Below, in pieces: positions 10,181 through 19,645 of a DNA stretch of 64,000 nucleotides. Every line of letters begins with the position of its first letter. The first letter of the stretch is position 1. The notes below the pieces were generated by a model that was not told the DNA's origin, ran no database searches, and saw nothing but the letters and a program-made list of their open reading frames with translations. Origin of the DNA: Candidatus Fermentibacteraceae bacterium (GTDB lineage Bacteria > Fermentibacterota > Fermentibacteria > Fermentibacterales > JCC-6); contig JAMOUX010000025.1 in assembly GCA_027067855.1 (NCBI GenBank), forward strand, positions 11,228-75,227. The letters run 5' to 3'. A program made the translations under genes and the position numbers.

Positions 10181-10294
10181 TTTCCCTATTCCTTCCTTCC
10201 CGGTGTGCTCCATTCCAATACCGCTTTTACTATAATCAATCACATGAAGACGAAGACGCGGGAAAGCCCCGTGTAAACCGCCGAGGAGTGCGAA

Positions 10295-11368
10295 ATGGCC
10301 GAGCAGAAGTTGTACGATGGGGAATTCATGGAAAGATCGAAACGTATACCGGGAACCCCGGTGTTCATCGGCAGGCGCAGGATGGAAGATGTCAGGATTT
10401 CATACATCAGGTACAATCCCGACCTGTACGAGGAGAAGGAGGCATCCTCCCCGGAGGAGTGCCTGGAACTCACCGGCAAGGGTGACGTGGTATGGCTGAA
10501 CGTGACGGGAATACACGACGCGGAACTCATCGGGAAGCTCGGCGACATCTTCGGACTTCATTCCCTCACCGTGGAGGACGTGGTCAATACCATGCAAAGG
10601 CCAAAGTTCGAAGACTTCGACTCCTACCTTTTCATGATACTCAAGATGGTGGAGTACCTCCCCGGCCTGCTCGGCATGGAAACCGAACAGGTAAGCGTGA
10701 TCCTCGGCGGGGATTTCGTGATAACCTTCCAGGAAAAACCCGGAGACGTGTTCGACCAGGTACGGGAGAGAATACGAAACGGACGGGGAAGAATCAGGAA
10801 CGCGGGAGCCGACTTCCTGGCATACTCCCTCATCGACGCGGTGGTCGACAGTTATTTCCTCGTGCTGGAATCGCTGGGCGACCGCCTGGACGACCTGGAA
10901 GACCGGATCATGCCCGATCCGGAGCCGGACGTCATCTCCGAGATACATTCCATGAAACGGGCGGTGCTCTTCATGCGGAGGACGGTCTGGCCCCTTCGGG
11001 AGGAGATAAGCTCCCTGGAAAAGAGCGGTTCGGAACTGGTCGCGAATGAAACCTCGGTGTTCCTGAGAAACCTGTATGACCATACCGTCCAGGTGATGGA
11101 CACCATAGAAACCTACCGTGATGTGGTCTCGGGCATGCAGGACGTATATTACTCATGCATCAGCACCAGGATGAACGAAGTCATGAAGGTACTCACGGTC
11201 ATCGCTACCATATTCATCCCCCTTACGTTCATAACCGGCGTATACGGCATGAATTTCAGGAACATGCCGGAACTGTTCTGGGAGCCGGGTTACTTCGTCG
11301 CCCTGGGAGTGATGCTCCTGATCGCCCTTTCCATGCTGTTGTTTTTCAAGAAAAAGAAATGGATCTGA
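10295..11368 (+). CDS. corA: Magnesium/cobalt transporter CorA
   Basis: 357 aa. Two C-terminal TM helices with the YGMNF (GMN) signature and an acidic periplasmic loop. RBS GAGGAG precedes the ATG. Confidence 0.9.
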   Translation: MAEQKLYDGEFMERSKRIPGTPVFIGRRRMEDVRISYIRYNPDLYEEKEASSPEECLELTGKGDVVWLNVTGIHDAELIGKLGDIFGLHSLTVEDVVNTMQRPKFEDFDSYLFMILKMVEYLPGLLGMETEQVSVILGGDFVITFQEKPGDVFDQVRERIRNGRGRIRNAGADFLAYSLIDAVVDSYFLVLESLGDRLDDLEDRIMPDPEPDVISEIHSMKRAVLFMRRTVWPLREEISSLEKSGSELVANETSVFLRNLYDHTVQVMDTIETYRDVVSGMQDVYYSCISTRMNEVMKVLTVIATIFIPLTFITGVYGMNFRNMPELFWEPGYFVALGVMLLIALSMLLFFKKKKWI

Positions 11369-11445
11369 AACACCGGAAACGACGGAGGTGAATCCTGTCT
11401 CCCGATAACGCCCGCCTGGGCAGAGGCCTGCTGGCGACGCGCACC

Positions 11446-12117
11446 ATGCTCAGGACGGAGGAAGACCCCGTAAAGCGCAAAAAGTTGTTCAGGAAGGCCA
11501 TTCGTACGCTGGTCCGGTTGGGAGACCTGGAGGAGGCCCGGAAAACAGCCTCGGAACTCTCCTCCGAATACCCGGACTGGCAGGCGGCATGGTCAATGGC
11601 CGCGGATATAGCCTGTCGTTCCGGCAAATGGGAAGAAGCCGAGAGACTCTTCGAAAAGGCCGCCGCCATGCATGCGGAAGCCGGCGACAGGGAAGCCGCT
11701 TCCAGGCTAAGGACCGGCCCGCTTTTCATCCTGGCCGAAGCGAGAAAAGACTATGCCAGGTGTGAAGAACTCTGCAGGAACGGCGGAGAAACGGCCAAGG
11801 TGCTCACCGCCAGGTCCCGGAGACTGGCGGGAAAACCTCCGACCGGCGAAATACCCCATTGCAGGGAACGGCTGGCTTCGAAACTGGCCGTGCTGGAGAA
11901 TGCCTGGAAGGGCAGAGGCCTGGGAAGGCTTGCAGTGATGGCCGCCGAGTGGGGAAGCGACGAACCCGAATGGCGATGGCGTTTCGTAGTGGAGGGAATA
12001 CACCTGTGGAAGAAGCGCGGCATGGAAACGCGCAAGTGGAGAAAAGCGATACGCGGGACCGTTCCGCCGGTACTGGATCCCAGGTTCGACGAGGAATGGA
12101 GGATACTGCGAAGATGA
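11446..12117 (+). CDS. Hypothetical all-helical (TPR-like) protein, translationally coupled to queF
   Basis: 223 aa, helical repeat composition, no recognisable family. Its stop overlaps the queF ATG (ATGA). Confidence 0.5.
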   Translation: MLRTEEDPVKRKKLFRKAIRTLVRLGDLEEARKTASELSSEYPDWQAAWSMAADIACRSGKWEEAERLFEKAAAMHAEAGDREAASRLRTGPLFILAEARKDYARCEELCRNGGETAKVLTARSRRLAGKPPTGEIPHCRERLASKLAVLENAWKGRGLGRLAVMAAEWGSDEPEWRWRFVVEGIHLWKKRGMETRKWRKAIRGTVPPVLDPRFDEEWRILRR

Positions 12118-12524
12118 CCGACAGAAAGGATCTCGAGGGACTCACCATCCTGGGGGAGACCGGTGTCCCCTCGAAAAAGCTGGAGACTTTCCCCAATCAC
12201 GATCCGGAAAGGGAATACACGGTAAGGCTGACCACCGACGAATTCACCTGCATCTGCCCCAAAACCGGGCAGCCCGATTTCGCCGCCCTGACCATCGAGT
12301 ACATTCCCGGCGGGAAAATCCTCGAGTCGAAATCGCTGAAACTCTACCTCTGGTCATACAGAAACGAGGGTATCTTCCACGAACACGTCACCAACAGGAT
12401 TCTTGACGACCTGGTCGCAGCCCTGGAACCGCGATGGTGCAGGGTAACCGCCGACTTCGCTATAAGGGGAGGAATCTCGATAACCGTTGAAGCCGAGCAT
12501 CGGGCGCCTGCCGGGGAAGCATAG
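12114..12524 (+). CDS. queF: NADPH-dependent 7-cyano-7-deazaguanine reductase QueF (type I, YkvM-like)
   Basis: The homology begins at [17 protein letters not shown]. Carries the E(F/S)[12 protein letters not shown] catalytic-Cys motif and the [12 protein letters not shown] motif. The listed ORF (11859..) carries a spurious N-terminal extension in the same frame. Confidence 0.85.
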   Translation: MTDRKDLEGLTILGETGVPSKKLETFPNHDPEREYTVRLTTDEFTCICPKTGQPDFAALTIEYIPGGKILESKSLKLYLWSYRNEGIFHEHVTNRILDDLVAALEPRWCRVTADFAIRGGISITVEAEHRAPAGEA

Positions 12525-12563
12525 ACATCGGCAAACGCCGGAAAAATCGGACGACCCCGGCGG

Positions 12564-13352
12564 TCAGCTTGAATTCCGAACCTTCTTCATTCTCCCGATC
12601 ATCGCGTAAGCGGCCTTCCTGCCCGAAAGGAGCATTCCTCCGAATATCGGACCCATTCTGTAACCGCCCCCCGCGGCACAAGCGCTCATTCCGCTGACGA
12701 AAAGCCCGGGATACACCTCCCCGGTGAACTCCACCGTGTTTCTCTCGCCGAGTTCGACGTTCAGGCTTCTCTCACCCGGAACACCGCTGGAAACGGTGGA
12801 CAGCTCCACCTCGTTCTTCCGGGCGAGGCGCGTGGCTATCTCGGCCGGATGCCCGGTGGCGTCCAGCACCGCCGATGCCATGGTCATGAGCGGGTCCACC
12901 ATCATCCCTCTCCGCAACACCGGGGACCAGTTGACCACCACGCCGCTGACCTCGTTTTCACCGTTGAACACCAGGTCCTCCACGGTCATGCAGTTGAATA
13001 TTCTCGCACCCGAGCGGCAAGCCCTGTTTATGAGCGCCGCCGTGGCCTGAACGGAATCGGCGACGTAACCTCCCCCGCCTGTCGGGGATAGCTCAATACC
13101 GGACTCGACCGCAATGGGTTCCGCTTCCTCCTCTATCAGTATCTTATTGAACATCATGGCTCCGCCCCACATCCCGCCCCCGGGGGCCGTGTTCTTCTCG
13201 TAGAGATTCACGGAATAGCCTTCTTCCGCGATGATCGCCGCGGCCAGCAGTCCGGAAGGGCCGCCTCCGACCACGGCGGCGTCCGCCTCGAGACTTTTCA
13301 TCAGCTTTTCGAAATATGAACTTATGATCTTGGAACTTACAAAGGATTCCAC
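12564..13352 (-). CDS. thi4: Thiazole synthase Thi4 family (sulfide-dependent ADP-thiazole synthase)
   Basis: FAD-binding GGGPSGL motif and Thi4 motifs (GMSAxxxGG, RMGPIFGGMLLSG). I prefer the GTG at 13352, which has an SD GAAAGGAG 5 nt upstream. The ORF-track GTG at 13388 lies directly downstream of a TPP riboswitch aptamer. Confidence 0.85.
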   Translation of the reverse strand: MESFVSSKIISSYFEKLMKSLEADAAVVGGGPSGLLAAAIIAEEGYSVNLYEKNTAPGGGMWGGAMMFNKILIEEEAEPIAVESGIELSPTGGGGYVADSVQATAALINRACRSGARIFNCMTVEDLVFNGENEVSGVVVNWSPVLRRGMMVDPLMTMASAVLDATGHPAEIATRLARKNEVELSTVSSGVPGERSLNVELGERNTVEFTGEVYPGLFVSGMSACAAGGGYRMGPIFGGMLLSGRKAAYAMIGRMKKVRNSS

Positions 13353-13394
13353 CGGTACTCCTTTCGATGCAACCCGGAAAGCAAGCACTGGAAA

Positions 13395-13485
13395 TCCGGA
13401 ACTTCCCTACGCCGGCATTATCCGGATCAGGTCATACGGGTCTGCTCTCAGCCGTCCTGCGGACAGCACCCCATGTCGAACGTGC
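13395..13485 (-). promoter_or_regulatory. TPP (thiamine pyrophosphate, THI-box) riboswitch aptamer in the thi4 5' leader
   Basis: Minus-strand RNA reads CAUGGGGUGCUGUCCGCAGGACGGCUGAGAGCAGACCCGUAUGACCUGAUCCGGAUAAUGCCGGCGUAGGGAAGUUC. Conserved blocks GGGGUGC, the P3 hairpin, CUGAGA, ACCCGUAU and ACCUGAUCYGGAUAAUGCCRGCGUAGGGAA all match, almost base for base with E. coli thiM. Confidence 0.85.
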
Positions 13486-13546
13486 GAAATCACCCTTGTC
13501 GACTATGTCGAATGAATCACCGTGAGCAAAGCCGGCGGTGTTTCAG

Positions 13547-14353
13547 CTACTCCCTGCACCACTGGTACGAGGCGTACGCCGTATGGTTGTGAATACTCTC
13601 GAAACTCTCGGCCCTGACCCTGAACCACGATATTCTCGGATCTTCCCTGAAATTCTCCGAGACGTTCCGGACCATGTCCTCCACGAAGACGGGATTGTCA
13701 TAAGCCCGTTCCGTTACATACTTTTCATCCGGCCTCTTGAGAAGGGAATACAGAGGGGAGGAAGCGGAACGCTCCGCCACCTCAACCAGTTCTTCTATCC
13801 ACACCATCACCGGCGAACCGTCGTTACCGGTTACGCTGCGCACCTCCATGGTTATCCTGGCCCGCTGGTTGTGTGCGCCGCGACCGCTTATCTCCCTGCT
13901 GCATGGACACAGGCTCGTTACCGGCACCGAGACGCACAGGACGAAATCATCGCCCCGGGGACCGGTGGAACTTCTGAATGCACACCGGTAATCCATTTTC
14001 GACACGGCACCGGTAACCGGCGCCTTTCTCTCCATGAAGTAGGGGAACTCCACGGTCATCCTCGCCGCCCTGGCATCCAGGACGGTTTTCAGTTCCTCCA
14101 GGATCACCGGTATCGTGTACCCGTCCAGATCCCCGGAATGTCTCTCCAGTACTTCCAGAAACCTGCTCATGTGAGTTCCCCTGAACCTGTGCGGCAACTC
14201 CACGGACATGGATATGGCGGCCACGGTGCGCTGCCTCTCCCTGCTCCTGTCAAGTATGGTCACGGGATAGAGCAGATCCTTCACACCCGCTTCTTCCAGG
14301 GTGATGTTCCTGTCGTCCCTGCCGTTCTGTACGTCCGTCATCCTACTCTCCAC
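13547..14353 (-). CDS. folE2: GTP cyclohydrolase FolE2/MptA (GTP cyclohydrolase IB)
   Basis: 268 aa. Contains the CPCS and ESIHNHTAYASY motifs characteristic of FolE2 (COG1469). Immediately upstream of queD. The start may be Met5 (MTDVQ), which would remove the overlap with queD. Confidence 0.85.
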   Translation of the reverse strand: MESRMTDVQNGRDDRNITLEEAGVKDLLYPVTILDRSRERQRTVAAISMSVELPHRFRGTHMSRFLEVLERHSGDLDGYTIPVILEELKTVLDARAARMTVEFPYFMERKAPVTGAVSKMDYRCAFRSSTGPRGDDFVLCVSVPVTSLCPCSREISGRGAHNQRARITMEVRSVTGNDGSPVMVWIEELVEVAERSASSPLYSLLKRPDEKYVTERAYDNPVFVEDMVRNVSENFREDPRISWFRVRAESFESIHNHTAYASYQWCRE

Positions 14354-14708
14354 GGTACCTGCAGCCTGAAGATCCGGTCTCGTTCACTTCCACCATGCTC
14401 AACTCGGGCAGCCCGGGTTTCAGCCTGTTCCAAAGCCACACGGCGAGATTCTCGCTGGTGGGATTCTCCAAGCCCGGAACGTCATTGAGCAGGGAATGAT
14501 CGAGTTCGTCGATCACCGGCCGGCATATCTTCGCAATCTCTCCGAAATCCCTTATCCACCCGGTTTCTCCGTCTACTTTCCCCTCCAGCCACACCACTAC
14601 CCTGAAAGTGTGCCCGTGAATTCTGCCGCACCTGTGGCCGGGCTCCAGCCGGGGCAACCGGTGGGCGGCGTCGAACTTGAAAACCCTGAATATCTCCATG
14701 CTGCTCAT
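14343..14708 (-). CDS. queD: 6-carboxy-5,6,7,8-tetrahydropterin synthase QueD
   Basis: 121 aa. Zinc-binding CxxxHGH (CGRIHGH) and the PTPS-family fold motif FKFDAAHRL. Confidence 0.85.
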   Translation of the reverse strand: MSSMEIFRVFKFDAAHRLPRLEPGHRCGRIHGHTFRVVVWLEGKVDGETGWIRDFGEIAKICRPVIDELDHSLLNDVPGLENPTSENLAVWLWNRLKPGLPELSMVEVNETGSSGCRYRGE

Positions 14709-14712
14709 CTCC

Positions 14713-15324
14713 CTACGGCAATCCCGTAAATCTCTGCGTCTGGAGGCTCAGTCTCCACCGGGGATGGGCCAGGCAGTATTCCACCACCCGTTCGAGGTTC
14801 TTTCCGTAATCACTTCCCCATACGGGTTGAAGGTAGAAGTACGTGAAATCCAGTTCCAGGTACCTCTCCAGGTCCGGGAACTCGTCGATCCGAAAGGGTA
14901 CCTTCAGTTCGTCGCCCTTTTCCACCACGGGCATCGCTCCGTTTTTCGGACTCACGCAGAGGAAATCCACTCCCGGAGGAGGGCGCATGGTTCCGTTGGT
15001 CTCCAGCAAAACCCTGAAACCCTCACGGTGAAAAGTCTCCAGCAAGGCCCGGTCCAGTTGCAGGAGGGGCTCGCCCCCGGTACACAGGACCGTCCTAGAA
15101 GAAGCCGGGCCCTTCCAGGTCTTCAGCGCTCTCCAAACCAGGGAACCGGCGTCGGGAAAGACTCCTCCCCCGGGACCGTCGGTACCTTCGAAGTCGGTAT
15201 CGCAATAAGAACAGGATAGGTTGCAACCTTCGAAACGGCAAAGCACTACCACCGTACCGGTATTGGAACCCTCTCCCTGTATCGTATATACCATTTCCTT
15301 AACCCTGTACACCCGGCCGCTCAC
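14713..15324 (-). CDS. queE: 7-carboxy-7-deazaguanine synthase QueE (radical SAM)
   Basis: 203 aa. Radical-SAM cluster CNLSCSYCDT and typical QueE length. 4-nt overlap with queC. Confidence 0.85.
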   Translation of the reverse strand: MSGRVYRVKEMVYTIQGEGSNTGTVVVLCRFEGCNLSCSYCDTDFEGTDGPGGGVFPDAGSLVWRALKTWKGPASSRTVLCTGGEPLLQLDRALLETFHREGFRVLLETNGTMRPPPGVDFLCVSPKNGAMPVVEKGDELKVPFRIDEFPDLERYLELDFTYFYLQPVWGSDYGKNLERVVEYCLAHPRWRLSLQTQRFTGLP

Positions 15325-16016
15325 CCCCGGTAGGGCGCCGGGTCGGGAACTCCGGCTTCCCGAAAACCCCCGAGCCTAAGGATGCATGAATCGCACGAAC
15401 CGCAATGCCTGCCCTTATCATCGGGTCTGTAACAGCTAAGGGTCAACGAATAATCCACTCCCAGTGCGAGTCCCTTCCTGATTATCTCACCCTTGGACAT
15501 ATCCAGGAGGGGGGCGCGAATCCTGATCGGCCTCCCTTCCACCCCTTCCCTGGTGGCCAATTCCGCAAGGCGCCTGAAGGCTTCCAGGAATTCGGGCCTG
15601 CAATCGGGATACCCGCTGTAATCCACAGAGTTAACCCCTATGAATACGTCCCTGGAGCCTATGGACTCCGCCAGGGCCAGGGCCATCGCCAGGAAAACCG
15701 TGTTACGGGCCGGAACATACGTGGAGGGGATCCCCCCGGAGTCACCGCCGGGGTCGCCGTCGGGAACCTTTCCCCTTCCCGTAAGGGAGGAGCCGCTGAA
15801 CAACCTGGGATCCAACTCCGACACCACGTGGTCTTCCACACCGGCTCTTTCCGCCACCAAGGCCGCGGCCCGCAGTTCCGGGAGACTCACCTGCCCGTAC
15901 CCGAAAGAAAGAGCGTGAACCCGAAAACCGGCATCCAACGCTATGTACAGCGCCGTGGCGGAATCCAGGCCGCCGCTCAACAGGACCACCGCCCTGCCGT
16001 TCCCCGAACCCTTCAT
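15321..16016 (-). CDS. queC: 7-cyano-7-deazaguanine synthase QueC
   Basis: 231 aa. PP-loop SGGLDS near the N-terminus. C-terminal zinc-binding Cys cluster (CYRPDDKGRHCGSCDSC). Confidence 0.9.
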   Translation of the reverse strand: MKGSGNGRAVVLLSGGLDSATALYIALDAGFRVHALSFGYGQVSLPELRAAALVAERAGVEDHVVSELDPRLFSGSSLTGRGKVPDGDPGGDSGGIPSTYVPARNTVFLAMALALAESIGSRDVFIGVNSVDYSGYPDCRPEFLEAFRRLAELATREGVEGRPIRIRAPLLDMSKGEIIRKGLALGVDYSLTLSCYRPDDKGRHCGSCDSCILRLGGFREAGVPDPAPYRG

Positions 16017-16078
16017 GGAACCTCCCCGTGGAAACCCGCTTGATCCCCGTCCCCGTACTTACGGAAATATAACCGGGA

Positions 16079-16750
16079 TCATTTCTCCAGGGGTTTGTGG
16101 CAGAACCACCAATCGAAGCACTCGTATTCCCGGAGCCTCTTCCGGGCGTCTTCCACGGTACCGGCGGGCGGAACTATTATCCTGTCGCCTATCAATTCGT
16201 TATTCGGCCAGCCGGCCGGCACGGCGCCCTGCTCGTCGGAAACCCGGAGAGCCCTCACCGCCCTGACTATCTCGTCCATGTTCCTGCCGACTTCCTGGGG
16301 ATAATACATTATGAGCCTGACGATCCCCCGGGAATCCACTACGAAGACCGCGCGTACCGTATTCGTTCCCTTGCCGGGATGAAGCATTCCCAGTTTCATT
16401 GCCATGGAATCGTTCGCGGCGATTATGGGAAATTCTATGTCTACATCCAGCTCGGATTTTATCCACTCGATCCACTTGATGTGCGAAAAGACCTGGTCGA
16501 CGGACATCCCGATCAGCCTGCAACCCAGTTCCCTGAATTCCCCGTACCTTTTCTGGAAAGCTACGAACTCCGTGGTGCACACCGGTGTGAAATCGGCGGG
16601 GTGGCTGAACAGCACGAACCAATCTCCCTTCAAATCGCCGGGAATTCTCATGGGTCCGTGAGTGGTCTGAACCCGGATATCCGGAAAGGGATCTCCAAGC
16701 AGCGGCATGTTCGGTCTGTTTTCTTCCATTTTTTCCTCCCTTGATTTCAA
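16079..16750 (-). CDS. Peroxiredoxin (1-Cys/Prx6-like thiol peroxidase)
   Basis: 223 aa. Peroxidatic-Cys motif FTPVCTTE and AhpC/TSA fold. The real start may be Met8 or Met15 ([10 protein letters not shown]). Confidence 0.85.
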   Translation of the reverse strand: MKSREEKMEENRPNMPLLGDPFPDIRVQTTHGPMRIPGDLKGDWFVLFSHPADFTPVCTTEFVAFQKRYGEFRELGCRLIGMSVDQVFSHIKWIEWIKSELDVDIEFPIIAANDSMAMKLGMLHPGKGTNTVRAVFVVDSRGIVRLIMYYPQEVGRNMDEIVRAVRALRVSDEQGAVPAGWPNNELIGDRIIVPPAGTVEDARKRLREYECFDWWFCHKPLEK

Positions 16751-16886
16751 GACGCTCCGGATGATGAACCCGCAGGATGATCATACGTTCCCGGAGTATA
16801 CCCGCATGATCACCGCTTCACCTTCGACGAATCCTTCCATGGCTTTCCCGATCCGACCGCCGGAGGCCCCGGGTACACAATACGTA

Positions 16887-18089
16887 ATGAACTCTCCCGA
16901 GTCATCCGCATGTACATGCCCGGTTGCATTATTATCTTTATCCGGAAACATCAACCTGGAAGAAAAGGCGGCCTTGTCAGACGACGGATACGCAAGCCGG
17001 GAAGAACGGGAACCCGCACCCGGGAATTTACAGGGAACCGATATAAGAAGGGGACTCTACATCTTCTTTTTCCTGACCGTGGCGGCGTTGTTGGGAATAT
17101 TCCTCTATACCAACACCGGGAATACTCTCAGTGCGTTGAAACGGATCAGGACGGATTATCTTATCCTGGTCCTTGGCCTCTCCGCCGTCGACATACTATT
17201 GGGAGCCGCGAGAAATCACATCTATTTCATGGCCATGGAAAAGCCCATCTCCTTTATGACCAGCATAAAAGCCAACCTCGCGAACATTTTTATGGGGGCG
17301 GTCACTCCCTCCCAGAGCGCCGGGGGACCGGCCCAGCTCTTCGTCTACCACAACGCCGGAGCCTCCGTTGGAAAAGCGATATCGGTGGGCGTACTGAATC
17401 TCCTGGCCACCATGATATTTTTCACCGTATCCGCCGGCTTTTCCGCCGCGGTGCTGGGCGATTCCTTCAATCCTCTGATAAGCGGAGTACTCTACTTCTG
17501 TCTCGGGGTATTCCTGTTGCAACTTGCGGTATACGTGTTTGCCGTGTTTAAACCGGAAACGGCGGTCAGGGCGGCGGAGACGATTTCCGGAGTCCTCGCC
17601 GGGAAGTTTCCCAGGTTCAGGAAGAGGATAATGGATGTCTTCGTGAAAGTCGCCTCGGAACTTACGGTGTACAGGCAATCGTGCTCGGCCTTTCTCGGAA
17701 AGAAGATATACGTTCCAGCGGCGGCGGTGGTGCTGACTTTCGTACTCTACTTCAACAAGTTTCTCATGGCCTACTTCATAATGAAGGGCATCGGAGAATC
17801 GGGGGATTTTCTCACGGTGGTATGCATACAGGCCCTGGTGCTGTTCATTTCCTACTACTCCATAAGCCCCGGGGCCGGCGGCATCGCGGAACTATCCATC
17901 GCGACGCTCATGGCGCCGATCATCGGGAAGGATTCTCTGGTGATATTCACGGTGCTCCAGAGATTCTTCATCCTCTATCTCCCGGGACTCCTGGGAGCCA
18001 TGGTGGTGTACGGGGAATTCAGGAAGAAGGGAAGGATTTTCCCCCGGATGAGAGGCCGTTCCGGAAACACCTCGCCTCCGGTCGATTGA
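16887..18089 (+). CDS. Flippase-like multi-TM protein (lysylphosphatidylglycerol-synthase TM-domain family, UPF0104)
   Basis: About 8 TM helices begin at RGLYIFFFLTVAALLGIF. The ORF-track start (16707) overlaps the divergent peroxiredoxin gene, so the true start is an internal Met (16839 or 16887) or a nearby alternative codon. The start is uncertain. Confidence 0.55.
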   Translation: MNSPESSACTCPVALLSLSGNINLEEKAALSDDGYASREEREPAPGNLQGTDIRRGLYIFFFLTVAALLGIFLYTNTGNTLSALKRIRTDYLILVLGLSAVDILLGAARNHIYFMAMEKPISFMTSIKANLANIFMGAVTPSQSAGGPAQLFVYHNAGASVGKAISVGVLNLLATMIFFTVSAGFSAAVLGDSFNPLISGVLYFCLGVFLLQLAVYVFAVFKPETAVRAAETISGVLAGKFPRFRKRIMDVFVKVASELTVYRQSCSAFLGKKIYVPAAAVVLTFVLYFNKFLMAYFIMKGIGESGDFLTVVCIQALVLFISYYSISPGAGGIAELSIATLMAPIIGKDSLVIFTVLQRFFILYLPGLLGAMVVYGEFRKKGRIFPRMRGRSGNTSPPVD

Positions 18090-18409
18090 AACGGCGATCC
18101 GATCCGTGAACATGCCCCTTATTCCTACATCACGCCTGCGTAGAAACAGTGTCCGCGGTTCAGGTCGAACCCTCCGGATCGAAAGATTCCACCCATGACA
18201 GGCGCACTTACCAACCGGGGGGATTCCCACCCGTAAAAGATCCTTCCGGGCGGGAAAACAAGGTAACGGGAGTCCTCTCCCGGTTCATACCCTCGGGAAC
18301 GTGCAGACTATTGCATTACGCCCTCCTGCACGGTAGATTTCCCGGGAGGTCCCGGATTGGGAACCGTTGGAAACCTAATCATCCACCCAGCAATACACTG
18401 GAGGCTGCC

Positions 18410-19645
18410 ATGGTTACAGTAAGGCCTTTCAAGGGACTCCGCCCCGTGAAGGAACTGGCGGAAAAGATCGCTTCTCCTCCCTATGACGTACTCGACTCGG
18501 ACGAGGCACGAAAGATCGTCGCCGGGAACCCTCTCAGCTTTCTCAGGGTAGTAAAGCCCGAGGTGGACCTGGATCCCTCGATAGACCTTTACGACCCCGA
18601 GGTCTACAGCACGGGGGCGAAAAATTTGAAGCGCCTCATGGAAGAGGGCAGGATGGTGCAGGACGGGAAACCGATGTTCTACCTGTACAGGCAGGTGATG
18701 GGCGATCATTCGCAGGTGGGCCTCGTGGCCACGGTTTCGGCGGAAGACTACGAGAAGAATCTCATCAAAAAACACGAATTCACCAGAAAAGCCAAGGAGG
18801 AGGACAGGGTACGTCACATAGAAGCACAAAACGCCCAGTGCGGTCCGGTGTTTCTCACCTACCACGATGTGCCCGAATTCGACTCCATACAGAAAAAGGT
18901 CTGCAAGGGCGAACCGGAATATGATTTCACTTCTCCCGACGGCATCAGGCACACTTTCTGGTTGGTGGATGACGATGTCGACATCCGGACTATAAGGGAA
19001 CTATTCGGGGGAATCGACGCCCTTTACGTAGCCGACGGCCATCACCGCAGCGCCGCCGGAACCATCGTGGCGCAGAGAAGAAGAAAGAACAACCCAAATC
19101 ATACGGGAAACGAGGAGTACAATTTCTTCCTGGCGGTCATCTTCCCGAAAAGCCAGATGAAGATTCTCGCGTACAACAGAGTGGTGAGCGATCTCGGCGA
19201 CCTTTCCTCCGCCGACTTCCTGTCCGAAATAGGAACCAGGTTCCACCTTGCGGAAAATGCTTCCCCGGCCCCCGTGAAAAGGCTGAATTATTCGATGTAT
19301 CTCGACGGCAAGTGGTACGGCCTCTCGCCCAAGGAAGGCACTTATCCGCCGGACCATCCGGTGAAGAGCCTGGATGCAAGCATACTCCAGGAGAATCTCC
19401 TGGGACCGATCCTGGGAATAGAAGATCCCAGGACCAGCGACAGGATAAACTTCATAGGCGGCATCCGGGGCACCGATTACCTGGAAGAACTGGTGGATTC
19501 GGGAAAGTACCGGGTGGCCTTTTCCCTGTACCCGACTTCCATCGACCAGCTGATGACCGTGGCGGACAGCGGCAACGTGATGCCTCCCAAGTCCACCTGG
19601 TTCGAACCGAAGCTGCGCAGCGGCCTGGTGGTGCATCTGCTATGA
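18410..19645 (+). CDS. DUF1015-family protein of unknown function
   Basis: The homology starts at MVTVRPFKGLRP, with GGAGG 5 nt upstream at 18401. Conserved ADGHHRSAAG motif. The listed ORF start (18149) is an in-frame upstream extension with no RBS. Confidence 0.65.
   Translation: MVTVRPFKGLRPVKELAEKIASPPYDVLDSDEARKIVAGNPLSFLRVVKPEVDLDPSIDLYDPEVYSTGAKNLKRLMEEGRMVQDGKPMFYLYRQVMGDHSQVGLVATVSAEDYEKNLIKKHEFTRKAKEEDRVRHIEAQNAQCGPVFLTYHDVPEFDSIQKKVCKGEPEYDFTSPDGIRHTFWLVDDDVDIRTIRELFGGIDALYVADGHHRSAAGTIVAQRRRKNNPNHTGNEEYNFFLAVIFPKSQMKILAYNRVVSDLGDLSSADFLSEIGTRFHLAENASPAPVKRLNYSMYLDGKWYGLSPKEGTYPPDHPVKSLDASILQENLLGPILGIEDPRTSDRINFIGGIRGTDYLEELVDSGKYRVAFSLYPTSIDQLMTVADSGNVMPPKSTWFEPKLRSGLVVHLL

Noticed and set aside
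16017-16078. Possible preQ1 riboswitch upstream of queC (and upstream of the queF operon, 11369-11445)
   Set aside because: I read the minus-strand leader and it lacks the preQ1-I hairpin followed by an A-rich tail (AUAAAAAACUA), as well as the preQ1-II motifs. The spacer looks like a plain RBS region (GGGGAGG).
16707-16886. ORF-track start of the flippase-like gene overlapping the peroxiredoxin gene by 44 nt
   Set aside because: The overlap would place the start inside the divergent gene and its promoter. The membrane-protein homology only starts about 115 codons in, so the start was moved to an internal Met (uncertain).
18090-18409. SRP RNA, 6S RNA, tmRNA or RNase P RNA in the long DUF1015 leader
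   Set aside because: None of the conserved motifs I can recall are present (SRP domain IV GGAA tetraloop/AGCAG loop, tmRNA tag ORF plus tRNA-like end, RNase P P4). It is kept only as an unexplained leader finding.
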